Assembly: GCA_051251855.1 (NCBI GenBank)
Contig: JBPOGI010000001.1
Location: 608,001 to 672,000, forward strand
DNA: 64,000 nt
From: Roseibacillus sp.
Lineage (GTDB): Bacteria; Verrucomicrobiota; Verrucomicrobiia; Verrucomicrobiales; Akkermansiaceae
Reading direction: 5' to 3'
The notes beneath the pieces were generated by a model. That model was given only the letters and a program-made list of their open reading frames with translations. It had not been told where the DNA came from and ran no database searches. Positions within the stretch are counted from its first letter, which is position 1. The number at the start of each line of letters is the position of its first letter. Positions 45,626 through 55,300 of this stretch are shown piece after piece. A program made the position numbers and the translations under genes.

Positions 45626-47044
45626 TTAGAGGATGTCGCCGGGGGTGTAGGTGGCGGCGTCGGGGTGTTTGGCGACGATTTCTCCGACGGTGCTGGTGAA
45701 GCTTTGGATTTGGGCGGGAGCGTTGCCGGTGTTGGTCTTGTTGGCTTCGAGAAGGGCTTCGAGGGCGGGGAGGTCGAGGGGGAGGCGATCGTCGTTGGCG
45801 AGGCGCTGAAGAAGGTCGTTCTCCTTGAGGGTTCCGCCTCGGAGGTCGGCGACGGTGGCGAGGGCGTGCTCTTTGATGACGTGGTGCGCGGTTTCGCGGC
45901 CGACTCCGGCTTTGACGGCGGCCATCATAATGGTTGTGGTGAGGAGGAAGGGGAGATAGTGGGCTGTTTCTTTGGCAATGACGGCGGGGTAGGTCTCCAT
46001 TTGGTCAAGGACGGTGAGGAGGGTTTCGAACAATCCGTCGCAGGCAAAGAAGGCGTCGGGGAGCATCACGCGGCGGACCACGGAGCAGGAGACGTCGCCT
46101 TCGTTCCATTGGTCGCCGGCAAGGGAGGAGGCCATGGCGAGGTGGCCTTTGAGGATGGCGTGGAAGCCGTTGATGCGCTCGCAGGAGCGAGAGTTCATCT
46201 TGTGCGGCATGGCAGAGGAACCGGTTTGGCCAGGGGCGAAGCCTTCGGAGGCGGTTTCATGACCAGCCATGAGGCGCAGGGTCTTGGCGAAGGAGGAAGG
46301 GCCGCTGCCGAGTTCGACGAGAGAAGCGACGACGGAGAAGTCGAGGGAGCGGGGGTAAACTTGACCGACGTTCTCCCAGACGTCGGGGATGCCGAGGTGG
46401 GTGGCGAGGCTTTTTTCGAGTTGGGCCACTTTGGCTGAATCGCCATCAAAGAGGGAAAGTTGATCGAGTTGAGTTCCGACCGCTCCTTTGAGTCCGCGCA
46501 CGCAGTAGCTGGCGATGAGGTGCTCGAAACGCATGAGGGCGTCGATAAGCTCTTCCCCGAACATGGCGAGGCGTTTGCCGTAGGTGGTGGTCTGGGCGGC
46601 GACGTTGTGGGTGCGAGCGGTGATGACGAGCTCGGCGTTCTCGGTGGAAAGCTTGGCCAGACGTGCGAGGGCGGCGACGGTTTTGTCGCGCATGAGGAGA
46701 AGGGATCGGTAGACTTGCAGCTGCTCGACGTTCTCGGTGAGGTCCCGCGAGGTCATTCCTTTGTGGAGCTGCTCGTGGCCAGCAAGATCGTTGAATTCTT
46801 CGATGCGCGCTTTGACGTCGTGGCGAGTGATACGTTCGCGTGCGTCAATTGCGGGGAGGTTAATTTGGGTTTTGACGGATTCGTAGGCGTCGAGGGCTTC
46901 GTCGGGGATGTCGAGGCCGAGGTCCTTTTGTGCGCGGGCGACGGCAAGCCAGAGTTCGCGTTCGAGGAGGATTCGGCCTTCTGGGGACCAGATGTCTTTG
47001 AGGGCAGGAGAGGCGTATCGTTCAGCGAGGACGTTTGGAATCAT
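45626..47044 (-). CDS. purB: Adenylosuccinate lyase
   Basis: LAERYAS, TRHDVKA, HKGMTSRD, ARTHNVAAQ, GSSAMPHKMN. Confidence 0.97.
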   Translation of the reverse strand: MIPNVLAERYASPALKDIWSPEGRILLERELWLAVARAQKDLGLDIPDEALDAYESVKTQINLPAIDARERITRHDVKARIEEFNDLAGHEQLHKGMTSRDLTENVEQLQVYRSLLLMRDKTVAALARLAKLSTENAELVITARTHNVAAQTTTYGKRLAMFGEELIDALMRFEHLIASYCVRGLKGAVGTQLDQLSLFDGDSAKVAQLEKSLATHLGIPDVWENVGQVYPRSLDFSVVASLVELGSGPSSFAKTLRLMAGHETASEGFAPGQTGSSAMPHKMNSRSCERINGFHAILKGHLAMASSLAGDQWNEGDVSCSVVRRVMLPDAFFACDGLFETLLTVLDQMETYPAVIAKETAHYLPFLLTTTIMMAAVKAGVGRETAHHVIKEHALATVADLRGGTLKENDLLQRLANDDRLPLDLPALEALLEANKTNTGNAPAQIQSFTSTVGEIVAKHPDAATYTPGDIL

Positions 47045-47170
47045 GTGCGGAGGGAGTTTGGACAGGAATTCTGGGATGAAACAGAATTTTGAGGGGCTTG
47101 ATTGTTATTTTTCAACGGTTTGTATGGGAAAAGAACCCTGATTTATCGAAAAACAGTACAAAACAGTGAA

Positions 47171-47198
47171 TTGCGTTGGGGCGTGGTGACGTTATACT
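47171..47198 (+). promoter_or_regulatory. Candidate sigma70 promoter of the OmpA-domain gene
   Basis: TTGCGT-16 nt-TATACT, ending 7 nt before the GTG start (possibly leaderless). Confidence 0.45.
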
Positions 47199-47205
47199 TC
47201 TTGAA

Positions 47206-48429
47206 GTGGCGAAAGAATATCAGTGGGAGAGTGGTGGCTATGATGTCCGTTCCGGAGGGGGCGGGGGCATGGGCTATGGCTTTTCGGTGCTGCTTTCGGT
47301 GATTGTAGGGGTGGCGCTTTTTACGGGGGCGTTGTTTGGAATGTCCCATTTGAAGATTTGGTTGGGAATCATCGAGCCGCTGGAGATCAAGAGTAAGGCT
47401 TTCAATCTGGAGCAGGTGGAGATTTCGTCGGAGCCGTTACCCGAGGTTGAGGAAGAGATTGTGGTTTCGGAGACGACAGATGCCACAGAGTTGCTGGCGG
47501 AAGTGGAGGAGTTGATTCCGGAGTTGGATAATATGGAATTAGATATTTCACCGGAGATTATGCAGCCGGAAGTGGCGCTAGAGGCGAGTATTCCACTGGA
47601 TGCAGGAGAGGAATTTGGGGAATTGCTAGAGCCGGTGGCGGCGCCGGAGGTGGATCATGTGCTCGACCAGATTGGGCGCACGGAGAATCTCTTTCAAGAG
47701 GCGGCGACGGGCCAGATTATGGTGGAGGAGGGCTCGGTGAAGGCGGATATCGTGGATCCGGACGAATTTCTTAAGGATATGGCAAGCAAGGGTAGTGGGG
47801 GGCTTTCGGAAGATGGGCTGCCTTCTGGTTATGCGAGTATCGATGGTTTGTTGCGGATGGCGACGGGCGAATTGAGCCGCAGTCGGGCGGCTTTGCCGAG
47901 TGATTTGTTGTTCGAGTATGATAGTGCGCAGCTTCGTGAGACTGCGCGGCTCGGGCTGATGAAGCTGGCGATGTTGATCGACCGCAATCCGCAAATGTTC
48001 TGTATCTTGGAGGGGCATTCCGATTTGTTCGGTGATAGCGGCTACAATTTGAATCTTTCGCGACAGCGGGCTCAAGCGGTGAAGAGTTGGTTGGTAGACT
48101 CGATGCGGCTTAATGGAGAGCGGATTGTGGTGCGGGCGTATGGAAGTACGCAGCCGAAGGTAATGGCGGGCTCGATTGAAGAGCAAGCGATCAACCGTCG
48201 GGTAGATATTTTGATGAGGAAGGAATTGCCGGCTGAAATTTCGCCACAGATTCAGGAGAGATTACCGAGTCGGCCGGTGCCTGCAGCAGAGAGGCAACCG
48301 TTGAAAGCTCTTAGGGTGGATGATGAGGCTCCCAGTGAGCCCAAGCCTTTGCGTGCGTTACCGAGTGAACCTGAGGAGCCAAGCAAGCCTGTTGAGCGTA
48401 AGCCGTTGCGGGCATTGCCGGTGGAATAA
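47206..48429 (+). CDS. Inner-membrane-anchored OmpA/MotB-like peptidoglycan-binding protein
   Basis: TM, acidic linker, LLFEYDSAQL, LEGHSD, YNLNLSRQRAQAV, GSTQP, NRRVDI; Pro-rich tail. Confidence 0.88.
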   Translation: MAKEYQWESGGYDVRSGGGGGMGYGFSVLLSVIVGVALFTGALFGMSHLKIWLGIIEPLEIKSKAFNLEQVEISSEPLPEVEEEIVVSETTDATELLAEVEELIPELDNMELDISPEIMQPEVALEASIPLDAGEEFGELLEPVAAPEVDHVLDQIGRTENLFQEAATGQIMVEEGSVKADIVDPDEFLKDMASKGSGGLSEDGLPSGYASIDGLLRMATGELSRSRAALPSDLLFEYDSAQLRETARLGLMKLAMLIDRNPQMFCILEGHSDLFGDSGYNLNLSRQRAQAVKSWLVDSMRLNGERIVVRAYGSTQPKVMAGSIEEQAINRRVDILMRKELPAEISPQIQERLPSRPVPAAERQPLKALRVDDEAPSEPKPLRALPSEPEEPSKPVERKPLRALPVE

Positions 48430-48538
48430 GGGAGCGATTCCGCGGGGCGCCTAAGAGTCTGGGTGAACGGAGTGGGGTATTCGCGGTCCGTTGTTGGCGT
48501 TTCTTGACTGGAGGGAGGTGTTGGGGAAGGGTCTTGCC

Positions 48539-49339
48539 GTGCGAGCTTTGTCTTTGGTTGAAAATCCTAGTGGGATTCTAGCGTTCGATTTTGATGGCAC
48601 GATGCATTGCCCGGAGCATCAACCTCCGGTGGATGAGAGGTTGTTAGAATGGATCGAACGGTTACGGGAGCAAGAGCAGATGATTTGGGGAGTTTGCACG
48701 GGGCGCTCGATGATGCATCTGATGGAGGGGATGGCGCGGAGTTTGCGTTTTTTACCCGACTTTGCGATCACGCGAGAGAGGGAGATTTTTTTTCCCAACC
48801 GGTTCGGGCGTTTCATTCCTGACGAGGATTGGAACAAGCGTTGTGATAAAGACCACAAGCGGTTGTTCAAGAAAGTGAAGAAGGAGTTGAAGGCGATTCG
48901 GAAGTACGTTGAGGAGACCGCGAAGGGAGAATGGGTTGCGGTGGAGGGAGATTTGGCGGGGGTGGTGTTGCCGCACGAAGAGGAGATGGAGGGGTTGTTG
49001 GTTGAGATTGATAGGCTTTGCGCAGGCTGCGAGAATTTGGGGCACGAGCGCAATGGGATCTATCTACGCTTTAGCCATACTGATTATGGGAAAGGACCTG
49101 CGCTGAAGGAGGTTGCGCGTCGGGTGGGAGCTGCGCCGGAAAAGGTGGTGGCAGGGGGAGATAATTTCAACGATCTCACGATGCTTTCAGCGGAGGTTAC
49201 GGCTCGTCCGGTATGTCCAGGGAATGCGGTTGCGGAAGTGAAAGCGCGGGTGAAGGAAATAGGTGGAGCGGTTGGGGAGTCGGTTGCGAGCGTGGGTATA
49301 GTGGAGGCGCTGGAGGAGATTTTTGGGGAAGCAGATTGA
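48539..49339 (+). CDS. HAD-IIB family hydrolase (sucrose-phosphatase/Cof-like)
   Basis: AFDFDGT, CTGRS, YGKGPAL, AGGDNFNDLTML, PGNA. Confidence 0.88.
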   Translation: MRALSLVENPSGILAFDFDGTMHCPEHQPPVDERLLEWIERLREQEQMIWGVCTGRSMMHLMEGMARSLRFLPDFAITREREIFFPNRFGRFIPDEDWNKRCDKDHKRLFKKVKKELKAIRKYVEETAKGEWVAVEGDLAGVVLPHEEEMEGLLVEIDRLCAGCENLGHERNGIYLRFSHTDYGKGPALKEVARRVGAAPEKVVAGGDNFNDLTMLSAEVTARPVCPGNAVAEVKARVKEIGGAVGESVASVGIVEALEEIFGEAD

Positions 49340-49384
49340 GCCTGCAAGAGGGGCATTTTATGTTTGCCCGTATAGCCCGACTAA

Positions 49385-49652
49385 TACCATTCTCACAGTT
49401 AAATCGATGCAATGGTTTTATTTTTGGTCCTAAGAAAAGCGCTGCGCGAGCACTCAGAAAGTCGGCCCAAGTTTCCCAATACCCGCGTTGCTTGCTGCTC
49501 CCCCCCGGTCGCACCCTTCGGGTTGCCTTGGCAGGCAAGCTATCTCGCTCCGCTCGTTTCTTGTTCAGAGTGCTAGCACTCCTCCCTCGGCGCGCCTTGG
49601 TTTTGGAAAGCCTGATTCCGACCATTACACCAATTTAACTGCTCAAATGGTA
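49385..49652. mobile_element. Non-autonomous MITE, 268 bp, 32-bp imperfect terminal inverted repeats, TAA direct repeats
   Basis: Left TACCATTCTCACAGTTAAATCGATGCAATGGT vs reverse complement of right TACCATTTGAGCAGTTAAATTGGTGTAATGGT; TAA at 49382-49384 and 49653-49655. Confidence 0.8.
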
Positions 49653-49717
49653 TAAAGTCTCAGAGGGAAGGAAGTCACCGTAGAGATTACGCTAGGTCAG
49701 GGCGTGGGGGAATAATG

Positions 49718-49769
49718 ATCCGCTCGGGATGAGCGGATTGACCGTCGCGGGACAGAGTCCTCGCGCCAC
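49718..49769 (-). repeat. Two adjacent REP-like hairpins
   Basis: ATCCGCTC-GGGAT-GAGCGGAT and, on -, GTGG-CGCGAGGAC-TCT-GTCCCGCG, just past the stop of a convergent gene. Confidence 0.55.
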
Positions 49770-49784
49770 GTAAACTTTGAGGCT

Positions 49785-50285
49785 CTAGGCCAGTTTGAGA
49801 CGATCGTCCTCTTCGAGGATTTTGGTCAGGTTGTCCCAGCCAGTGGCGGTTTGAAGATTGAAGACTTGAAAGTAGAGTGCGACGACTTTGGAATCGAACA
49901 TTTCTAACAGTCTGTCGATTGTGGCGGCAAGTTTGTCGTCCTCGAGGGTTTCGGGAAGCTCGCCGATGACTTGGCCATTGCCGTCGTGTTCGATTTCCAT
50001 ACGGTCACAGAAGGTACGGAGAAGGTCCTGATGCCCTTTCATGAACCAGACTTGAAGAAGGTGCTCGCCGACGAGATCCTGAGTTTTCAGCTTCAGGATT
50101 TTGTGCATGAAAGCGATTTGGTCATCGATAGATTTCTTCTGAAGAAAGACGAGTCGAAGTTTACGAGCCTGACCAAGAGAGGAGAGGGTGGTCTTGTAGA
50201 GATTGCGTTCCTCGGTGCGCATCCAACGGAACATGTCTACGATGACGGCGGGATCGATGATTTGGTAAATAAGGTGAGCTTTCAC
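49785..50285 (-). CDS. Hypothetical cytoplasmic protein
   Basis: Open frame with probable GTG start at 50285; LRTFCDRMEIEHDGNG, VALYFQVF. Confidence 0.7.
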   Translation of the reverse strand: MKAHLIYQIIDPAVIVDMFRWMRTEERNLYKTTLSSLGQARKLRLVFLQKKSIDDQIAFMHKILKLKTQDLVGEHLLQVWFMKGHQDLLRTFCDRMEIEHDGNGQVIGELPETLEDDKLAATIDRLLEMFDSKVVALYFQVFNLQTATGWDNLTKILEEDDRLKLA

Positions 50286-50424
50286 AGAGATTGGTATGGA
50301 GGGAGAATTGCTTGGCGAAGGGAGGGGATGCAAGCGCGAAAGAGGGACAGGGGGAGCCAATGCTGTCTTGCGCAACACACGTTTTTTCAACGCTTTCTTG
50401 AGTTTGTTCCGCTAGACTCACGAC

Positions 50425-51123
50425 ATGAGCGATTCAGAAACAGTTGAGGAGGGTAATTCGGGCCGAGAGCGGAGCCCTTTTTCCTTCTTTTTAGGGCTGG
50501 CGCTGCTGGTGGCAGTAGCGGGCGCGGTTTGGTGGTTTGTGATGGTAAAGCCGGCGCAATCGATGGCGGAGTCGACCATTGAGAAGGTAGAGAAGTTCTT
50601 TGGAGGGATTTTGGGGAGTCGGGGCACGGTGACGCGATTGGATTCGTCGTCTATCTTGAAGGTATCGGATGTGGGGGAATTGGCGTTGATGGAGTTCGAT
50701 ATGAAGGTGAACAAGGAGATTGAGAGTGAGGCGGTGGTGATTGGACCACTGACGAGCACCAAGCGGTTACGTATGGAGGGACGGTTTAAGGTGAAAATTG
50801 GCTATGATATCACGAATGGTCTCGCGGTGGGTTATGATGAGGAGGGTAAGGCTGTGATTCAGGGATTAGGGGAGCCGATGGTGCTTTCCGCTGAGATGGA
50901 GTCTGTGAAGACGGTGGAGGATAAGAGTGGAATTTGGAATAAAGTGGACGGCAAGGATCGGGATGAGTTGATCGGGCAGCTTCGATTGCAGGCGATTCGG
51001 GATGTAAAGGAAAGTGGGATGCTGCAGCAGATGGATGCGCTGATGCAGCAGAATATGAAGGCGCTTTTAGGAGTGGATGATATTCAGATGGATGCTGAAT
51101 ATATGCCGGCTGTTGTGCCGTAG
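50425..51123 (+). CDS. DUF4230-like membrane-anchored protein
   Basis: TM, GELALME, KVKIGYDI, PMVLSAE, KSGIWNK. Confidence 0.65.
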   Translation: MSDSETVEEGNSGRERSPFSFFLGLALLVAVAGAVWWFVMVKPAQSMAESTIEKVEKFFGGILGSRGTVTRLDSSSILKVSDVGELALMEFDMKVNKEIESEAVVIGPLTSTKRLRMEGRFKVKIGYDITNGLAVGYDEEGKAVIQGLGEPMVLSAEMESVKTVEDKSGIWNKVDGKDRDELIGQLRLQAIRDVKESGMLQQMDALMQQNMKALLGVDDIQMDAEYMPAVVP

Positions 51124-51138
51124 TTTGACGAGACGAAG

Positions 51139-51468
51139 GTGATGTCCGAGTTCGTTGCTCAAGTTATGTTTCTTCTCGGAATGGTGTGTTTTCCGGCTTC
51201 TTTGGCATTCTTTCTATCGGGATGGTTCGCCAAGTCTCTTCGTCAAGGGATGCTGCTGTTGGTCTTCTCTTCGTTCGCTGGCTGCCACTTTCTTTGGTAT
51301 TTTCGAACCCTAGGAACGGCTTTGGGTGATAAGCTTGGCACTGCGACTTATCCGATTTGGTGGCACTATATGCTCGTTGCTATTTTACCTGCGATGCTCT
51401 TGGTTCTCGTGCGACATGCGCTGGCGAATCTAAAGAAGGTATCGCCAAATAGCAGTTCAGCGAAATGA
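51139..51468 (+). CDS. Small 3-TM hypothetical membrane protein
   Basis: 109 aa with three hydrophobic segments, in line with neighbouring genes. Confidence 0.6.
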   Translation: MMSEFVAQVMFLLGMVCFPASLAFFLSGWFAKSLRQGMLLLVFSSFAGCHFLWYFRTLGTALGDKLGTATYPIWWHYMLVAILPAMLLVLVRHALANLKKVSPNSSSAK

Positions 51469-51487
51469 ACGAAACATCTGAAACGAA

Positions 51488-52126
51488 ATGGCACCGATTG
51501 AAATTATTGAGCTGATGGCGGTGGTGACCGCGAGTATCTACGGGATCTTGTTGGCCGCACGCAGTGGGCTGGATTTGACGGGAATATTTGCGGTGGCGTT
51601 TGTGGCTGCTTTTGGGGGCGGGACGTTGCGGGACTTGTGTTTGGGCAGAGAGCCGCTGTTTTGGATGGATGCTGCGCACTACCCCGTGATCGTTTTCTTT
51701 TTGAGCCTTGTTGCGGTGGTGGCGCCGAAGTTGGTTGTGCGAATGGAAAAGTTTCTACTCTATCCTGATGCTCTGGGGATGGGCTTGTTTGCGGTGGCGG
51801 GCTCGGCGATTGCACTCGATTCCGGAACCACCTTGTTTTTGGCTGCCTTGTTTGGGGTCATGACGGGGACCTTTGGAGGGGTGGTTGCGGAGATTATTTG
51901 CAATCGGATTCCGGCAACGTTTCAGCCGGGAACGCCGTTGAATATCACTTGTTGTTTTGTGGGGGCTTGGTGCTTTTTGTTAGCATTGCACTTTGGGATG
52001 GAAAGGCCTTGGGCGATGGCTCTGGGTGTGGCTGTAGTGACGGTGATGCGGATTATTGCGGTGAGAAAGCATTGGACGCTGGGGAGGTTGAACCGGTTTT
52101 CAGGGGTGGCCGAGGAAGATGACTAG
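51488..52126 (+). CDS. Trimeric intracellular cation channel family protein (UPF0126/YadS-like)
   Basis: AFGGGTLRDL, PDALGMGLF, TGTFGGVV duplicated TM halves. Confidence 0.92.
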   Translation: MAPIEIIELMAVVTASIYGILLAARSGLDLTGIFAVAFVAAFGGGTLRDLCLGREPLFWMDAAHYPVIVFFLSLVAVVAPKLVVRMEKFLLYPDALGMGLFAVAGSAIALDSGTTLFLAALFGVMTGTFGGVVAEIICNRIPATFQPGTPLNITCCFVGAWCFLLALHFGMERPWAMALGVAVVTVMRIIAVRKHWTLGRLNRFSGVAEEDD

Positions 52127-52319
52127 GTGGTCGGAGAAGAACGGTTACGATATATACGTTATGAGTTTTCCTAGTTTTGAAATTTTAACTTTTCCTCAGT
52201 TAACAGATTAGCAGTAAAACATAAGTCTTTGATGAAAATATATCTCGACTCTTTTAAGTGGGCTCTTATCCTCTTAGGCTTCGACTTGGACTCTCCATCT
52301 CGAAATACTTCCTACGAAG

Positions 52320-55300
52320 ATGATAAAAACGACCGCCCCGATGGCATTTGCAATGGGGGTCTTCAGTCTCCTCAATAGTTACGCCGAGACCATCCGAATC
52401 GATACTGGGTCAGACCTCGTGAGTCAGTCTCCTGGAAGCCAAATTTCCTTGGATGGAGTTCCGGGGTATGACTTTGGAGGTCAATTAGTAAGCGTTGATC
52501 GGCTGAGCGATCAGACTTTGAGGTTGGTGATTTCGGGGGATCTCGTTTTGGCTGCCGGAGCTCGGTTGGAAGGGGTGGGCCCCTTTCCGGTGATTCTGGA
52601 AGTGGGGAATGACGTCTTGATTGAGGATGGGGCGGTGATCGATTTTTCCGCCATTGATAGGGTTCCTGGGGCGGGTGGAGCAACTGGAAGATGGGGCGGA
52701 GACGGTGGTATCTACGGGCGTGGAGGCCGTGGCGGAGAGGGCGGAAGAGGAGGATTTCGTGGGCTTGGAGGGCTGGTGGGAGATGTGCCCGGAGTTCCTC
52801 CGATTGTGCCATTGAACTTAACGACACCGGGGACTCCGGCTTTCTCGGGGAAGTCTGGGGGAGCTGGAAAACGGGGTGAATTGGGGGGGGATGGCCGGAC
52901 GGGACGCCAAGGTCGGGCGGGTGCTGGTTGGACTGGGAGCGGAGGTTCTTGGGGCCTACCTCAGTTCTCCTTGGATCAGTCGTTTCATGACTCTCCGGAG
53001 GCTTCGGGGAAAGGGCGTGCGACAAGCTATAATCCTTTGTTCGCGAGACCTCCTATCTACATCGAGAATGACTGGGAGCGGGGACTGATCTATGGGGATG
53101 GGGATGGCCGAGGCTTGGGGATACCGGGGACAAATTTGTATTTAGGAGACGAAGGAGTTGATGCTTCGAATGAGGAGATCTTCCGCAGCCACTACTATGA
53201 TGGTGGCCATGGCAGTGATGGGCTCTCATTCTCGACGCCCGGGCCAACCGACGTTCAGATTCCTGCTTCGAAACATCAGGGAGATGGCGGACAGCACGGA
53301 GCTCCGGATTGGGTTCTAGGCGGAGGGGCATCAGGAGGCTCTGGAGGAGGAGCTCCAGGAGGCCGTGGGGGCACCGGTGGTGCGGGCGGAGGGGGAGGGG
53401 CCGGAGGTCAGGGCCAATTTCCCGATCCCTTGCCGATTCAGCTTTCAGACTTCGCGGCGGGGGTCGGAGCGAATTATTTAGGTGAATTTTTCGAGGCAAA
53501 AGCGAATGCACTGGCTAAAGAGACAGGAAAAAGTGCGAGTAACTTGTATAAAATCTTTAGCTACGGCGTGGGTGCGGGTGGTGGCTCGGGAGGGCGCGGT
53601 GGCGATGGCTCTGCGGGAGAGATCGGAGGGCTAGGCGGAGGAGGTGGAACTGGCGGCGCTGGAGCTGGAGCGCTGCGGATCCTTGCCCAAGGAGAGATTC
53701 GGCTGGAAGGGAAAGGGCGATTCCTCGGCGGAGAGGGTGGCGCTGGTCAGGCGGGGCTGGCTCCATTTGGTTTGGGGTCCGGGCAGAGTCCGGAGGGGGG
53801 AAGCGCTGCTAAGATTCGGATTCCGCCTGTGTCGGTCGATGAGATGTTGGAGACGCTTTTCACCTTAGGTGAAGGCGGGGTCCTCGATCCGAAGTCTGGC
53901 TTTGGCGGTAGAGGAGGAGATGGGGCTGAGGGGCAGGCTGGCTACTGGGGCGGAACGGGTGCGGCGGGGGGAGGTGGTTCGGGGGGAACTCTGATTCTAG
54001 AGGGGAGTCGAGTGCGCGTGTCGCAAGCAGTGAAGCTAGCTGGCGGTAGCGTCGGAGAAGGTGATCGAGAGGGAGGAGCAGGGCGTCTCTATGTGGCTAC
54101 GAACGAACTCGTAGCGGGCACGAATTTGTCGGCGGCGGGGGTCTCGGTCGCTGGGACGTATCGGGAGTCTCAAACGCGAGTCGGCACCCGAGCTACGAAT
54201 CCGTTCATTCGAGGAGGTCTTCAGACTCCGACCTTGGTCGAGATTTTCGATGGAGCTGAAGGGTTTGGCTATTTATCGGATCGTCAGGTGAGTAACGATC
54301 CTGCAGAGGCGGATCAACTCTTGGTCAATGGGATGAGTTTGGCGGCTCATGCCAATGCTTTGGCTTTGCCAGATGCGGCGGTGGTTGCGGCGGTTCGACT
54401 CGATGATGGGCCGGATGGTTTTGGGCTCGATGCCTTGTATCCAGGTTATGATATGGTGCTGGTTTTCAATCCTCGGTTGTCAGAATTATGCGAGGTTCGC
54501 TTTGGAGTTGCTGAGCAAGCGCTTCCGATAACGACAGGAAATGCGGCGGCCTATCATGCTGCGATTTTGCGCGAGGGGGGCGCGGAGAACGACCGCCACT
54601 TCGGGGGAGGTGGCGATTTGCTGACGGGGTTGTTCGCGGTTGGGAATCAGGATGTTTACGCGTTTTTGGTGCCAGAGGATACAGGAGCAAGCGGTTATAA
54701 TTTCGCGATCAGTGCAACCGCAAAAGGGGCCCTCGGGGCGGAGGCTGTTTTCGTGGGATCGGATGAGCACTTTGTGAATGGGGAGTTCCTCGTGGTGAGT
54801 GCTTCCGCAGATATCCCGGTCTATGAGGCTGACTGGTTGGCCGGAGGCTCGAGTCTGAAGTGGGCTCTCGAGACAAATTGGATAGTGCTCGACCCTCAGG
54901 GGAGCCCGGTTCCGGTTCCGCCGAACAATACTCTCTTGGAGGCCTACAATGTGCGGATCGAGGCTGGAGGTGAAGAGGTGGAAATCGGGGGCGCGACTAC
55001 GGCGGAAGATTACTCGGTGACTATTGACCGGATGATTGTGGGGCCGGGTGACTCGGTGAAGGTCTTCGACGGGAACGACTTTTGTATTGAGAAGTTTTTC
55101 GTCCGCAAGGAAGCGGGCGTGATTGAGAATGAGGGAATCCTGCGGGTGGAAGGAGATGCACGGCCCACTCAGCTCGGTTTCTTAGGGAGTGCCTTGGTAT
55201 TGACTGGCAGTGGAGAGCTGGTGACTTCGGTTTCAGGGCAGAATTCGATTTATGGTAAGAGTGGCAATGATGGTCTCATCCAAGAAGCGACCCATACGGT

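Noticed and set aside
49480..49600. tRNA- or riboswitch-like structured sequence
   Set aside because: No cloverleaf, T-loop GTTCRA or CCA end; better explained as the MITE interior
49197..49638. Two ~142-aa opposite-strand ORFs spanning the MITE
   Set aside because: They overlap the HAD gene and the non-coding element and have no transposase or other recognisable motifs
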